Shown here piece after piece: positions 19,487 through 28,869 of a DNA stretch of 64,000 nt (positions are counted from its first letter, which is position 1; each line of letters starts with the position of its first letter). Both the position numbers and the translations under genes were made by a program. The notes beneath the pieces are model-generated. The model did not search any database, was not told the DNA's origin, and was given only the letters and a program-made list of their open reading frames with translations. Origin of the DNA: Candidatus Cloacimonadales bacterium (GTDB lineage Bacteria; Cloacimonadota; Cloacimonadia; Cloacimonadales; JAIOQZ01); assembly GCA_963665815.1 (NCBI GenBank), contig OY762463.1, positions 1,728,001 through 1,792,000 of the forward strand, in the 5' to 3' direction.

Positions 19487-21436
19487 ATGAAAAATGCTGT
19501 TATATTAATCATTCTTGTAATTTCGATTAACCTTTTTGCGACTGAAAATCAGGCTGACTTTGAGTTCAAGCTCGATTTGATTAACTTTAAGCTATTGCCA
19601 GAAATAGAATTAACTGATGCATCCTATCATAGGCATTATGATTTGGATATGGTTTCCTCAACAAGATCTACAAAAGACGGTGTAACAATTGTTACTGCTG
19701 ATTATGGAAGGGCTGTAGTAGAATTATCTATTGAGAAATATCAACACTTATCTGATGCATATATTGTTAATGCAGTCATTACTGCTAAGGATGACATTAA
19801 TCTCGCAGATTTATATATAGCTCTTGAAATTCAGAATACGGTACATAAATTCGAGGGTCCTGAAGCAATATGTAAAAGAGACAAATCACTTAACTCACAA
19901 CTTGTTCCATTTAAAGACAGAGTAGTTGAGTATTGTACTGAAAACTCATCCTTTACAATTATTGGTTCAAAGTTCCCTGAAGTCAAAGGTGTTGAAGTTA
20001 TTGAAAATAATAAAATTTACATCTACTCCTCAGAATACCATAAGAATTACTGGAGAAAAATCTGGAGATGGAGAGATTGGGAGCCAATGATAAATAATCA
20101 AACTAAAAAAGGATCATTTATCATTGCTTTGGATCACGTAAATTATCCATTATTCAACAACTATCCCTCCGGAAAAAAGGGTGCATTCACCCTTTCGAGT
20201 GATGCAGATGGAGAAAGTTATGATAAAGTAAAAGCTATCTATTACGGTTCAAACTATGAAGATCATCCAGATTATAGGAAAAAAGGGCTTTGGGCAAATA
20301 ATTTGTTAGTCACAAAATCCATATTCGGATATAATAAAAACATTTATGGATTAGCAAAGCAAATGATTGCAGATGGTTTCACTATTGCGTACCATACTTA
20401 TCACCCTCTGGCAGACAGCATGAGCGACTTAAGGAAAAACCTGTTGGAAGAGACTGAAGATTTAAATATCAGATACTGGATTGACCACAGCTTTGGGAAA
20501 AATCCTGAGGATCTTACAGATTGCGGCTGGATACCTGACAGTTCCAGTTATATTTTAGACATTCTTGAAGAAGCAGATTTCAAGTATGCATGGTTATCTG
20601 ATGGGTTCAATTACAGCTTGAATGCATTTGATGATTATTGCCAGTTACCACATATAAACAGAGCTATGACAAAAAATTATGATTTATACTTTTTAGGTCG
20701 TAGAATGGCTAAATGCTGGACATGGAACCCTAATGAAGAGGAAAGTTTTCGAACTGTAACAGATAGAGATAGTTTACTTTCAATTATAGAAGACAGAGGA
20801 CTACTGCATTTATACACCCACATGTGCATGGGAGAACTGGACTATAGGTTACCTTTCATTGAGACAAACGGAGACACTCTCACAGTCCGAGACGATGTGG
20901 AAGAGCGATTCAGAGAAATTGATGAACTTCAAAGAAATCATGGATTATGGGTTGCTCCGGCTGAAGTTATCTATGACAGAATGCTTGCAATTGACTCGGT
21001 TGAGATTGTGAGTATAGCTGAAGATGAAAATTCCTTCCAGCTAGAAGTCAGGAATAATTCTACATATGATATTATTGACTTTGAACTAATTTTTGATGAA
21101 CAATCCATAACTCATGATCTCCTTTCCGGAGAAAACCAGCAATACAGTTTCAGCAAAATTGAAGCAGTAAATCCTGATCCACCATTAATTGACTACAGAT
21201 TGTATTTTAGTAACTCGTTGAATAGTATTATGTTCAGCTTAAAAGACAATATAGAATCAAGAGTAAATTCGATAAAAATTTATAATCTGAAGGGACAGTT
21301 GGTGAAGAATAGAACATTCGGTATCTCAAGCAGTACCTATTCTGTGGGTGTTAACAACCTTGCCTCAGGAGTCTATCTTGTTAAAATTCAAGGTCCGGAT
21401 TTCACAAAAATCCATAAAACCGTAATCATAAGATAA
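19487..21436 (+). CDS. Secreted protein with polysaccharide-deacetylase-like central domain and C-terminal sorting domain
   Basis: Signal peptide; TLSSDADG, AYHTYH, WIDH, YTH, LWVA pattern; C-terminal IYNLKGQLV...ASGVYLV. Confidence 0.6.
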   Translation: MKNAVILIILVISINLFATENQADFEFKLDLINFKLLPEIELTDASYHRHYDLDMVSSTRSTKDGVTIVTADYGRAVVELSIEKYQHLSDAYIVNAVITAKDDINLADLYIALEIQNTVHKFEGPEAICKRDKSLNSQLVPFKDRVVEYCTENSSFTIIGSKFPEVKGVEVIENNKIYIYSSEYHKNYWRKIWRWRDWEPMINNQTKKGSFIIALDHVNYPLFNNYPSGKKGAFTLSSDADGESYDKVKAIYYGSNYEDHPDYRKKGLWANNLLVTKSIFGYNKNIYGLAKQMIADGFTIAYHTYHPLADSMSDLRKNLLEETEDLNIRYWIDHSFGKNPEDLTDCGWIPDSSSYILDILEEADFKYAWLSDGFNYSLNAFDDYCQLPHINRAMTKNYDLYFLGRRMAKCWTWNPNEEESFRTVTDRDSLLSIIEDRGLLHLYTHMCMGELDYRLPFIETNGDTLTVRDDVEERFREIDELQRNHGLWVAPAEVIYDRMLAIDSVEIVSIAEDENSFQLEVRNNSTYDIIDFELIFDEQSITHDLLSGENQQYSFSKIEAVNPDPPLIDYRLYFSNSLNSIMFSLKDNIESRVNSIKIYNLKGQLVKNRTFGISSSTYSVGVNNLASGVYLVKIQGPDFTKIHKTVIIR

Positions 21437-21454
21437 AATCGTGAATATAAAAGG

Positions 21455-21489
21455 AAAAGCCTGTTAGAAATTTTCTAATGGGCTTTTTT
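21455..21489 (+). terminator. Rho-independent terminator
   Basis: AAAAGCCTGTTAGAA...TTCTAATGGGCTTTT followed by T run. Confidence 0.75.
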
Positions 21490-21731
21490 GTTTTGTTCTT
21501 GTATAAACTAACGGACAACTGACTCACAAAAAAAATGCGTGTAACATCTCTACATCAGGTTAAAACTTTTGATAAGGTAAGATCTCAGTATGCTGCCTAA
21601 TTTGCACCTACACGTACAATATACTCCTGAAACAATCTCTGCTTCCAGTAATTATTTTTCTGATGATTAAGGATTACGGGTGGAAAAATTGAATAGAATA
21701 AAAAATTGTAATAACACTGTAAAAAAATAAC

Positions 21732-21759
21732 TTGCATACTTTGTAGGTATATGCATAAT
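21732..21759 (+). promoter_or_regulatory. Sigma70-like promoter of beta-helix paralog 1
   Basis: TTGCAT-N16-CATAAT; region conserved upstream of paralog 2. Confidence 0.5.
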
Positions 21760-21819
21760 GATTGCACCTTGAACGAAGTAAGAAAATATATATAAACAAA
21801 ACAATTACAAGGAGAAAGA

Positions 21820-24207
21820 ATGAAACGAATTTACTTATTAATTTTATTTATTTCTGCTATTCATCTTTTTGGCGCGATAATCAATGTACCTGCAGATCAA
21901 GCTACGATTCAGGGTGCTGTTGATGCAGCTTCATCAGGGGATGAAATAGTTGTTGCTGATGGAACTTACACCGGAGTGGGGAATACAGACATAACCTGGT
22001 GGAACAAACAACTTTGGGTACATTCTGCCAATGGAGCAAGTAATTGTATAATTGATTGTGAAAACTCTGCAAGAGCATTTGTATTTGACTTCTCAGAAAC
22101 TACCGGAAAGTACATTACAAACTCGACTATTATTGAAGGATTCACAATACGTAATGGTTATATTGATGGTCATATTGTAGGTGGTGGAGCAATCTATATG
22201 GATGAAGGGTATCCAACAGATCCCGAGAATAAACTTGCTCCTGTCATTATTAACAACATTTTTGAGAATAACTATTCAGGTGTTTACGGTGGAGCAATTT
22301 ATTATTATTATGGTCTACCTGTTGATGAACCTGGACAACTCTGCACCATACAGAATAACACATTCAGAAACAACAGTGCACAGTATGGTGGAGCAATATC
22401 AATGCAGTACACCGAAATGAAAATACTCAACAATTCTTTTGAGAATAATTCGACTTTATCTGGAGGAACTGGTGGAGCAATCCACATATATAATGGTTCA
22501 GTTTCAGATTACAGAACATTGATTGGATATAATACTTTTAACGGTAATACAGCCTTGGAAAACGAGATCTACGGCACCGGTGGAGCAATTTACATTGCAG
22601 GTATGACAGGTGGAGCTGTATACAATAATGAGTTTTTCAATAACGAAGCTTCTGCTGGCGGTGGAGCAATATTCTGTGCACATTCTGAGTTCACAGTATA
22701 TAATAATCTTATTTATAACAACACATGTACATTCAGAGGAGCAGGAATCTGTATCTACAACTTTAACGGTTGTGATGTTGGCAGCAATACAATAGCAAAT
22801 AATACAGGCCCTGGTATTACGTTCAGTCCCTACAATGGTGATATAGATTCAAATATTGCGAATAACATCATCTGGGGAAATACTACCAGTTTCACTTGGA
22901 CATACAACCAGTCACAGGCTATTCCGACATTCCTTTTCAATGATATTGAAGGTGGAGTACCTGCTTTTGGAACCGATGCCGGTGGAAATATTGACGCAGA
23001 TCCTTTATTCGGTCTTCCAGCAATGGATATTTATAGATTGAGAAATGGCTCTCCATGTATAAGTACTGCTGATGCCGGAACATCACCTGCTAATGATCTT
23101 GTAAACAATGCCAGACCACTTGGCACCGGATTTGACATGGGTTGCTATGAATCAGATGATGATGGTGACTTCGTTGAAGCTCTTGCTTTACCAATAGATG
23201 ATATTGGATTTCACGAACTGCCTGTACTGGATGTTGCAATCCAGTTCGTAGAAGCTCATATTGCTACCGACCTTGATATAAATCAGATTTTCGAAGAACC
23301 TACAATTGTGGGTGAACTGCCGGGAACTGTGCAGAATCTGGGAAGAATAAGCTGGATTATTGAGTCATCTTCCGGTAATGTCGGTGAATACGAGCTTACT
23401 CTTGATCTTTCAGACGTTCCGGGTATACAGAGCTTCAACACTCTCCGCATCCTGAAGAGAGCAGATGACAGTTCTCCATGGCAGGACGTTGTGTCTGATC
23501 TGGGGGGAACTCTCGAGTACAACAATCCTTATATTACAATCAGAGGTTTGAGTTCTTTCTCAGAATTTGTGCCTGGTGGCGGCGAAGACAACTCTTTACC
23601 TGTAACTCTTTCTTCATTCAATGCTGTTGTAACAGATGATAACTTTGCAGAAATCAACTGGAGTACTCAGTCTGAGTCTGAACTGAGCGGATTTAACATT
23701 TACCGCAACACATGCGAAAACCTGAGAGAAGCTGAATGTGTAACAAGTAATATTGTACCTGCAACAAACTCATCAACTGTCAGAGAATACAGCATTACAG
23801 ATATTGATGTTGAAAAAGGGGAAGTATATTCATACTGGTTGGAAACTGTTGAAAATAACGGGAACAGTCATTTTAACGGACCTGTAAAAGTGACTATCGG
23901 AACCGGAAAGAAAAACGATGTCGAGGATATATGCAAAGTTACGGAATTAATGCCGGCTTATCCTAATCCATTCAATCCGGAGACAAAGATACAACTAAGC
24001 ATTAAAGAAGGTGAAAACGGAATATTGGAGATCTTCAACATTAAGGGTCAGACGGTAAAAACTTATGATAATCTGATAGAAGGTGAGCATACACTGACGT
24101 GGAACGGAACAGATAACGCTGGCAGCAGCGTAGCATCCGGTGTCTATTTCTACAGACTTTCAACTCAGACCATTAACGAAACTAAGAAGCTTATGCTGCT
24201 TAAATAA
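21820..24207 (+). CDS. Secreted right-handed beta-helix protein (GGAI/FxxN repeats) with Ig-like and C-terminal sorting domains, paralog 1
   Basis: Signal peptide; TIQGAVDAA..GD; FENN...GGAI repeats; NIDADPLF, SPCI, DMGCYE; LPVTLSSF; YPNPFNPET. Confidence 0.85.
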   Translation: MKRIYLLILFISAIHLFGAIINVPADQATIQGAVDAASSGDEIVVADGTYTGVGNTDITWWNKQLWVHSANGASNCIIDCENSARAFVFDFSETTGKYITNSTIIEGFTIRNGYIDGHIVGGGAIYMDEGYPTDPENKLAPVIINNIFENNYSGVYGGAIYYYYGLPVDEPGQLCTIQNNTFRNNSAQYGGAISMQYTEMKILNNSFENNSTLSGGTGGAIHIYNGSVSDYRTLIGYNTFNGNTALENEIYGTGGAIYIAGMTGGAVYNNEFFNNEASAGGGAIFCAHSEFTVYNNLIYNNTCTFRGAGICIYNFNGCDVGSNTIANNTGPGITFSPYNGDIDSNIANNIIWGNTTSFTWTYNQSQAIPTFLFNDIEGGVPAFGTDAGGNIDADPLFGLPAMDIYRLRNGSPCISTADAGTSPANDLVNNARPLGTGFDMGCYESDDDGDFVEALALPIDDIGFHELPVLDVAIQFVEAHIATDLDINQIFEEPTIVGELPGTVQNLGRISWIIESSSGNVGEYELTLDLSDVPGIQSFNTLRILKRADDSSPWQDVVSDLGGTLEYNNPYITIRGLSSFSEFVPGGGEDNSLPVTLSSFNAVVTDDNFAEINWSTQSESELSGFNIYRNTCENLREAECVTSNIVPATNSSTVREYSITDIDVEKGEVYSYWLETVENNGNSHFNGPVKVTIGTGKKNDVEDICKVTELMPAYPNPFNPETKIQLSIKEGENGILEIFNIKGQTVKTYDNLIEGEHTLTWNGTDNAGSSVASGVYFYRLSTQTINETKKLMLLK

Positions 24208-24242
24208 CAATAAAGTTACTGAATAAACCAGAGACGTACTTC
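23605..24242 (+). repeat. ~638-bp direct repeat, copy 1 (3' part of gene plus terminator arm)
   Basis: Identical by eye to 26327-26964 at offset 2722. Confidence 0.9.
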
Positions 24243-24260
24243 GGTGCGTCTCTTTTTTTT
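24230..24260 (+). terminator. Rho-independent terminator
   Basis: AGAGACGTAC-TTCG-GTGCGTCTCT followed by T run. Confidence 0.85.
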
Positions 24261-24283
24261 GCAATAACACTGTAAAAAATAAC

Positions 24284-24311
24284 TTGCACGTTTTGTGTAT
24301 GTATATATAAT
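24284..24311 (+). promoter_or_regulatory. Sigma70-like promoter of beta-helix paralog 2
   Basis: TTGCAC-N16-TATAAT, preceded by AATAACACTGTAAAAAA as at ~21710. Confidence 0.55.
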
Positions 24312-24346
24312 TATTGTACTTGAAATGATTTCAATAACTGTAAGAA

Positions 24347-24498
24347 CTTTGCATAATAGCAAAATTGAACAGCTTTGGATAAATAGTATCGATTAGATTT
24401 TTGAGTTCATCAAGAAAACTTCTTTAAGAAGCTTTTTTTAGGTCAGAGTTTGAGAGTTCTAAAATCGAGTCAACTACTCCAGATATGCAAAGATCTCT
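24347..24498 (+). repeat. Intergenic repeat family B, copy 2, in the predicted 5' leader of paralog 2
   Basis: About 70% identity by hand to the reverse complement of 11972-12119. Confidence 0.65.
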
Positions 24499-24532
24499 CT
24501 ATGATTAAATTAAGCAATTGCAAGGAGTTTGT

Positions 24533-26929
24533 ATGAAAAAAATCTGTGTAACAATTTTATTCATTTTTCTTTTTTCTCTACAATTATTTGGGGGAATTAT
24601 TCGTGTCCCTGAACATCAACCTTCAATCAAGGCAGCTGTAATGGCAGCCGAGACAGGCGATGTAGTTCTTGTGTCTGATGGTGTTTACACCGGTCCGGAC
24701 AATACTGAAATTACATGGTGGAGTAAACAACTATGGGTTCGCTCGGAAAATGGACCGGAGAATTGCATAATTGACTGTGAAGGAACTGCAAGAGCCTTTG
24801 TTTTTGATTTTGCCGGTCAAACCGCACGATTTGTTTATAGAGCATCAGCTATCGACGGATTCACGATTCGTAATGGTTATAATGATGAACAGAATGGTGG
24901 AGGAGGAGCAATCTTTATGGATGAAGGTTACCCAAACGATCCTGAAAACATACTTCATCCAGTCATTATTAATAATATTTTTGAAAATAACTATTCGGCA
25001 TCTTATGGGGGTGCAATATATTACAATTATGGTTTGGCTGTAGAAGCTCCAAGAGAATATTGTTCAATAGAAAATAATATCTTCAGAAACAACACTGCTA
25101 CATACGGTGGAGCAATTGCTATTCAATATTCAGAATTGAAGATATTGAATAATACTTTTGAGAATAACTCGTCTATTTCCGGAGGATCAGGTGGAGCTAT
25201 ATATATTTATAACGGATCAATCACTGACCTGTATTCAGAAGTATCATACAATACTTTTGATGGCAATACTGCTATAGATACTCAGGTCGATGGTACAGGT
25301 GGTGCACTTTATATTGCCGGAATGGCAGGCGGTGAGGTCTTCAATAATAGATTCTTCAATAACGAAGCTTCTTCCGGTGGTGGAGCAGTTTTCTGTGCTA
25401 ATTCATACTTCGTGTTTTTCAACAATCTTATATATAAAAATACCTGTACTAACAGAGGAGCAGGGCTTTGTATTTATAATTACGACGGCTGTCTTGTAGG
25501 TAGTAATACTATCGCGGATAATATAGGACCGGGGATAACAATCAGCCCATACATTGGAGATGTAGATTCGTACATAATTAATAACATTATCTGGGGAAAT
25601 ACTTCAAGTGTGACGTGGACATACAATCAGTCTCAAGCTTTACCAACATTCCATTACAATGATATTGAAGGTGGAGTACCGGCTTTCGGAAATGATGCTG
25701 GTGGCAATATTGATACTGATCCTATGTTCGGACGTAATGAGATGATAATATACAGACTCAGGGAAGGTTCTCCCTGTTTTAATTCTGCTTATGCCGCTGG
25801 AGCATGCCCTTCAAACGATCTTGTAGATAATCCCAGACCATTGGGGGCAGGCTACGACTTGGGTTGTTATGAAGCGGATGATGATGGTGATTTCGTTGAA
25901 GCTCTTGTTTTACCTGTTGATGATCTCGGGGAACATGCATATCCTGTAATGGATGTGACTATCCAGTTTGTAGAGGCTCATGCTGCGACAGACCTTGATA
26001 TGTTTGAATTATTTGAAGAACCTACAATCGTTGGTAATTTACCGGGGACTGTTCAGAATCTTGGAGATATCAGCTGGATTATAGAGTCATCATCAGGTGA
26101 CGTTGGAGAGTATGAACTTACATTGGATTTATCAGATGTCAGAGGAATAAGTAACTTCAACACTCTCCACATCCTGAAGAGAGCAGATGACAGTTCTCCA
26201 TGGCAGGACGTAGTATCTGATCTCGGTGGTACTCTCGAGTACAACAATCCTTATATTACAATCAGAGGATTAAGCTCTTTCTCAGAATTTGTACCCGGTG
26301 GCGGCGAAGACAACTCTTTACCTGTGACTCTTTCTTCATTCAATGCTGTTGTAACAGATGATAACTTTGCAGAAATCAACTGGAGTACTCAGTCTGAGTC
26401 TGAACTGAGCGGATTTAACATTTACCGCAACACATGCGAAAACCTGAGAGAAGCTGAATGTGTAACAAGTAATATTGTACCTGCAACAAACTCATCAACT
26501 GTCAGAGAATACAGCATTACAGATATTGATGTTGAAAAAGGGGAAGTATATTCATACTGGTTGGAAACTGTTGAAAATAACGGGAACAGTCATTTTAACG
26601 GACCTGTAAAAGTGACTATCGGAACCGGAAAGAAAAACGATGTCGAGGATATATGCAAAGTTACGGAATTAATGCCGGCTTATCCTAATCCATTCAATCC
26701 GGAGACAAAGATACAACTAAGCATTAAAGAAGGTGAAAACGGAATATTGGAGATCTTCAACATTAAGGGTCAGACGGTAAAAACTTATGATAATCTGATA
26801 GAAGGTGAGCATACACTGACGTGGAACGGAACAGATAACGCTGGCAGCAGCGTAGCATCCGGTGTCTATTTCTACAGACTTTCAACTCAGACCATTAACG
26901 AAACTAAGAAGCTTATGCTGCTTAAATAA
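24533..26929 (+). CDS. Secreted right-handed beta-helix protein with C-terminal sorting domain, paralog 2
   Basis: ATG follows AAGGAG; collinear with 21820-24207; C-terminal ~250 aa identical. Confidence 0.85.
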   Translation: MKKICVTILFIFLFSLQLFGGIIRVPEHQPSIKAAVMAAETGDVVLVSDGVYTGPDNTEITWWSKQLWVRSENGPENCIIDCEGTARAFVFDFAGQTARFVYRASAIDGFTIRNGYNDEQNGGGGAIFMDEGYPNDPENILHPVIINNIFENNYSASYGGAIYYNYGLAVEAPREYCSIENNIFRNNTATYGGAIAIQYSELKILNNTFENNSSISGGSGGAIYIYNGSITDLYSEVSYNTFDGNTAIDTQVDGTGGALYIAGMAGGEVFNNRFFNNEASSGGGAVFCANSYFVFFNNLIYKNTCTNRGAGLCIYNYDGCLVGSNTIADNIGPGITISPYIGDVDSYIINNIIWGNTSSVTWTYNQSQALPTFHYNDIEGGVPAFGNDAGGNIDTDPMFGRNEMIIYRLREGSPCFNSAYAAGACPSNDLVDNPRPLGAGYDLGCYEADDDGDFVEALVLPVDDLGEHAYPVMDVTIQFVEAHAATDLDMFELFEEPTIVGNLPGTVQNLGDISWIIESSSGDVGEYELTLDLSDVRGISNFNTLHILKRADDSSPWQDVVSDLGGTLEYNNPYITIRGLSSFSEFVPGGGEDNSLPVTLSSFNAVVTDDNFAEINWSTQSESELSGFNIYRNTCENLREAECVTSNIVPATNSSTVREYSITDIDVEKGEVYSYWLETVENNGNSHFNGPVKVTIGTGKKNDVEDICKVTELMPAYPNPFNPETKIQLSIKEGENGILEIFNIKGQTVKTYDNLIEGEHTLTWNGTDNAGSSVASGVYFYRLSTQTINETKKLMLLK

Positions 26930-26964
26930 CAATAAAGTTACTGAATAAACCAGAGACGTACTTC
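26327..26964 (+). repeat. ~638-bp direct repeat, copy 2
   Basis: Identical by eye to 23605-24242. Confidence 0.9.
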
Positions 26965-26982
26965 TGTACGTCTCTTTTTTTT
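26952..26982 (+). terminator. Rho-independent terminator
   Basis: AGAGACGTAC-TTCT-GTACGTCTCT followed by T run. Confidence 0.85.
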
Positions 26983-27047
26983 ATTCAGAAAGAGATAAAT
27001 ACATTGACACAAACAAACTTTTGATCGAAAATTTTGCCGGAGGTAAA

Positions 27048-28106
27048 ATGAATCACAAATACATATTTTTCTTAATTATTATTCTGTTCTCCTGTTCATT
27101 GTTTTCCGAATTCAAAGAGAATGCAATAGTGGTTGTAATGAAACCCGGTAAAGTTTTTTCTGAGAGTTCTTCTGATAGCAGACCTGTTTTGAATACGGAA
27201 ATCGGAGTTATGCTGACTGCTCTGGAAAAATCCGGTGAATGGATCAAGGTCAAAAAAAGAAAACATACAGGCTGGATAAGAGAATCTGAAATTGTATACC
27301 AAAATGATCCGAAATACAAGGGGCAATTCGTTGTAAAAGCAAATGGAGTTGCACTCGCAGATAAAATGTCAGGTAAAAAAGACAGAAAAGAGCTGAAGAT
27401 CCTTAAACTGGGAGATATTGTCACAATTGCTGAAGGCGAGAAAAAAGGAATGTCCAGTACATTGGTTGTACATAATGGAGTGAAAGGTTGGGTTGACAGC
27501 AAAAAAATTGTCAGAATTGGACCTTTGACTCAGCACGAAAAGGACAACCAGAAGTATCATGAAAAATTTCTCAGCGGAGATACAAAAGCTAATTCGGCAC
27601 TTGAAAAGATTCACAAATGGGGTGAACAAAGCAAAGCCAAAAAGAACATGGTTTTCGTATTCTCAGTAATACTTTTTTTACTTCCATTCCTATTCATGAG
27701 CAAATCCGTGAACTTCTTATGTTCATTCAAATTCATATCAAACTGGCTTGTAAATGTATACCTGATTGTGCTTTGGTTAGCGTATTTCCAATACCTGTTC
27801 CCGATGTACTTCTATTCACCTCTTTACACAAAAGTTATATTTGGAATTTTATTCCAGATTTTGGCAGGAGCCTGGGTATTCAGAGAATGGAAAAAAATCG
27901 ATTATGAGCGCTGCCCGAACTGCAAAGCTATGTTTGCAGCAAGAGACAAAGGAACTCATCTTCTTGGCAGAACTATCTTCAAAACAACAAGAACAAATAA
28001 AGACGGATATAAAAGTACAGAGACAAATGTAAAATCATCTTACAGAGATGACCGTCAATGCAGATACTGCGGATATAAATGGAGTATTAACAGAATAGAG
28101 GGTTAG
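27048..28106 (+). CDS. Membrane protein with two SH3b-like periplasmic domains, 3 TM helices and a C-terminal Zn ribbon
   Basis: GGAGG RBS, signal peptide, GEWIKV...TGWI and KGWV motifs, hydrophobic block, CPNC...CRYC. Confidence 0.65.
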   Translation: MNHKYIFFLIIILFSCSLFSEFKENAIVVVMKPGKVFSESSSDSRPVLNTEIGVMLTALEKSGEWIKVKKRKHTGWIRESEIVYQNDPKYKGQFVVKANGVALADKMSGKKDRKELKILKLGDIVTIAEGEKKGMSSTLVVHNGVKGWVDSKKIVRIGPLTQHEKDNQKYHEKFLSGDTKANSALEKIHKWGEQSKAKKNMVFVFSVILFLLPFLFMSKSVNFLCSFKFISNWLVNVYLIVLWLAYFQYLFPMYFYSPLYTKVIFGILFQILAGAWVFREWKKIDYERCPNCKAMFAARDKGTHLLGRTIFKTTRTNKDGYKSTETNVKSSYRDDRQCRYCGYKWSINRIEG

Positions 28107-28121
28107 GATATTTATTACAGT

Positions 28122-28152
28122 AAGAAGGTGTAGAAATTCTGCACCTTTTTTT
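28122..28152 (+). terminator. Rho-independent terminator
   Basis: AAGGTGTAGA-aat-TCTGCACCTT followed by T run. Confidence 0.8.
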
Positions 28153-28458
28153 ACATTCAATCTGATTCAGTTCCTGACAAGTATGGATATCTTTGCTGCA
28201 AGACTTCTTTTTCCTCAACACTAAGTTCTTTTATTGACAAATTCCTGAAATTCTATCATCAATTGCATTGTTATTTTGTTGTGTGAGTGGAAAATACCAG
28301 ATAATGTAAAATTGGTAACGCTTAACAGCATTTGTGTGTGAATTTCAAAAACAGGATACCGTATAAAAATCCCCTATAAAAAGAGGGGGGAAAATCGAAT
28401 TTATTCGATTTGGGGTGTGTAAATCAATGTCACTAATCAAAAAAATACCTGCACCATG

Positions 28459-28652
28459 TTTCTTTATCATTGTATAGTAAATTTTTCCGTTAAGAAATCC
28501 TGAAGCTTGGAAGGATTTCAGGGAAGATTTACGGTTACAGCTTGCTGTAAATACATTTTGATAAAGAGTGCTCTTCGATGAAATCTTTGATTTCATCAAC
28601 TATCCCAGTTTTCTTTTGAATCGTTTCTTTGGACATTCAAAGAAAATGAAGG
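28459..28652 (+). repeat. Structured intergenic repeat family A, copy 2, with a ~37-nt hairpin insertion
   Basis: Aligns to the reverse complement of 5318-5474; extra GATGAAATC-ttt-GATTTCATC hairpin. Confidence 0.85.
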
Positions 28653-28821
28653 GAGTCTAGTTTCAAAAACAAGAAAGGCAATTTATAACCATTAAACAGT
28701 GAGGAGTACAGTATGAAGCACAGGTATTTTCCTTAAGAAGGCAGATTGAAACAAATAAAATGACGATATTGTATAGCAGTATGTAAAATTTGACAAGTAA
28801 CACGAAATAACTAAAATCAAG

Positions 28822-28847
28822 AAAAAGGCCACCTTCTCAGGCAGCCT
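28822..28847 (-). terminator. glnS terminator
   Basis: Minus strand AGGCTGCCT-gaga-AGGTGGCCT followed by TTTT. Confidence 0.75.
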
Positions 28848-28869
28848 CTATATAACAAAATATCAAATA

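Noticed and set aside
23605-26964. Long repeat pair as a diversity-generating retroelement TR/VR
   Set aside because: Copies are identical rather than differing at adenines, both are coding, and no reverse transcriptase is present in the window.
28345-28599. 84-aa minus-strand ORF
   Set aside because: Overlaps structured repeat A, whose other copy has indels that break this frame; likely spurious.
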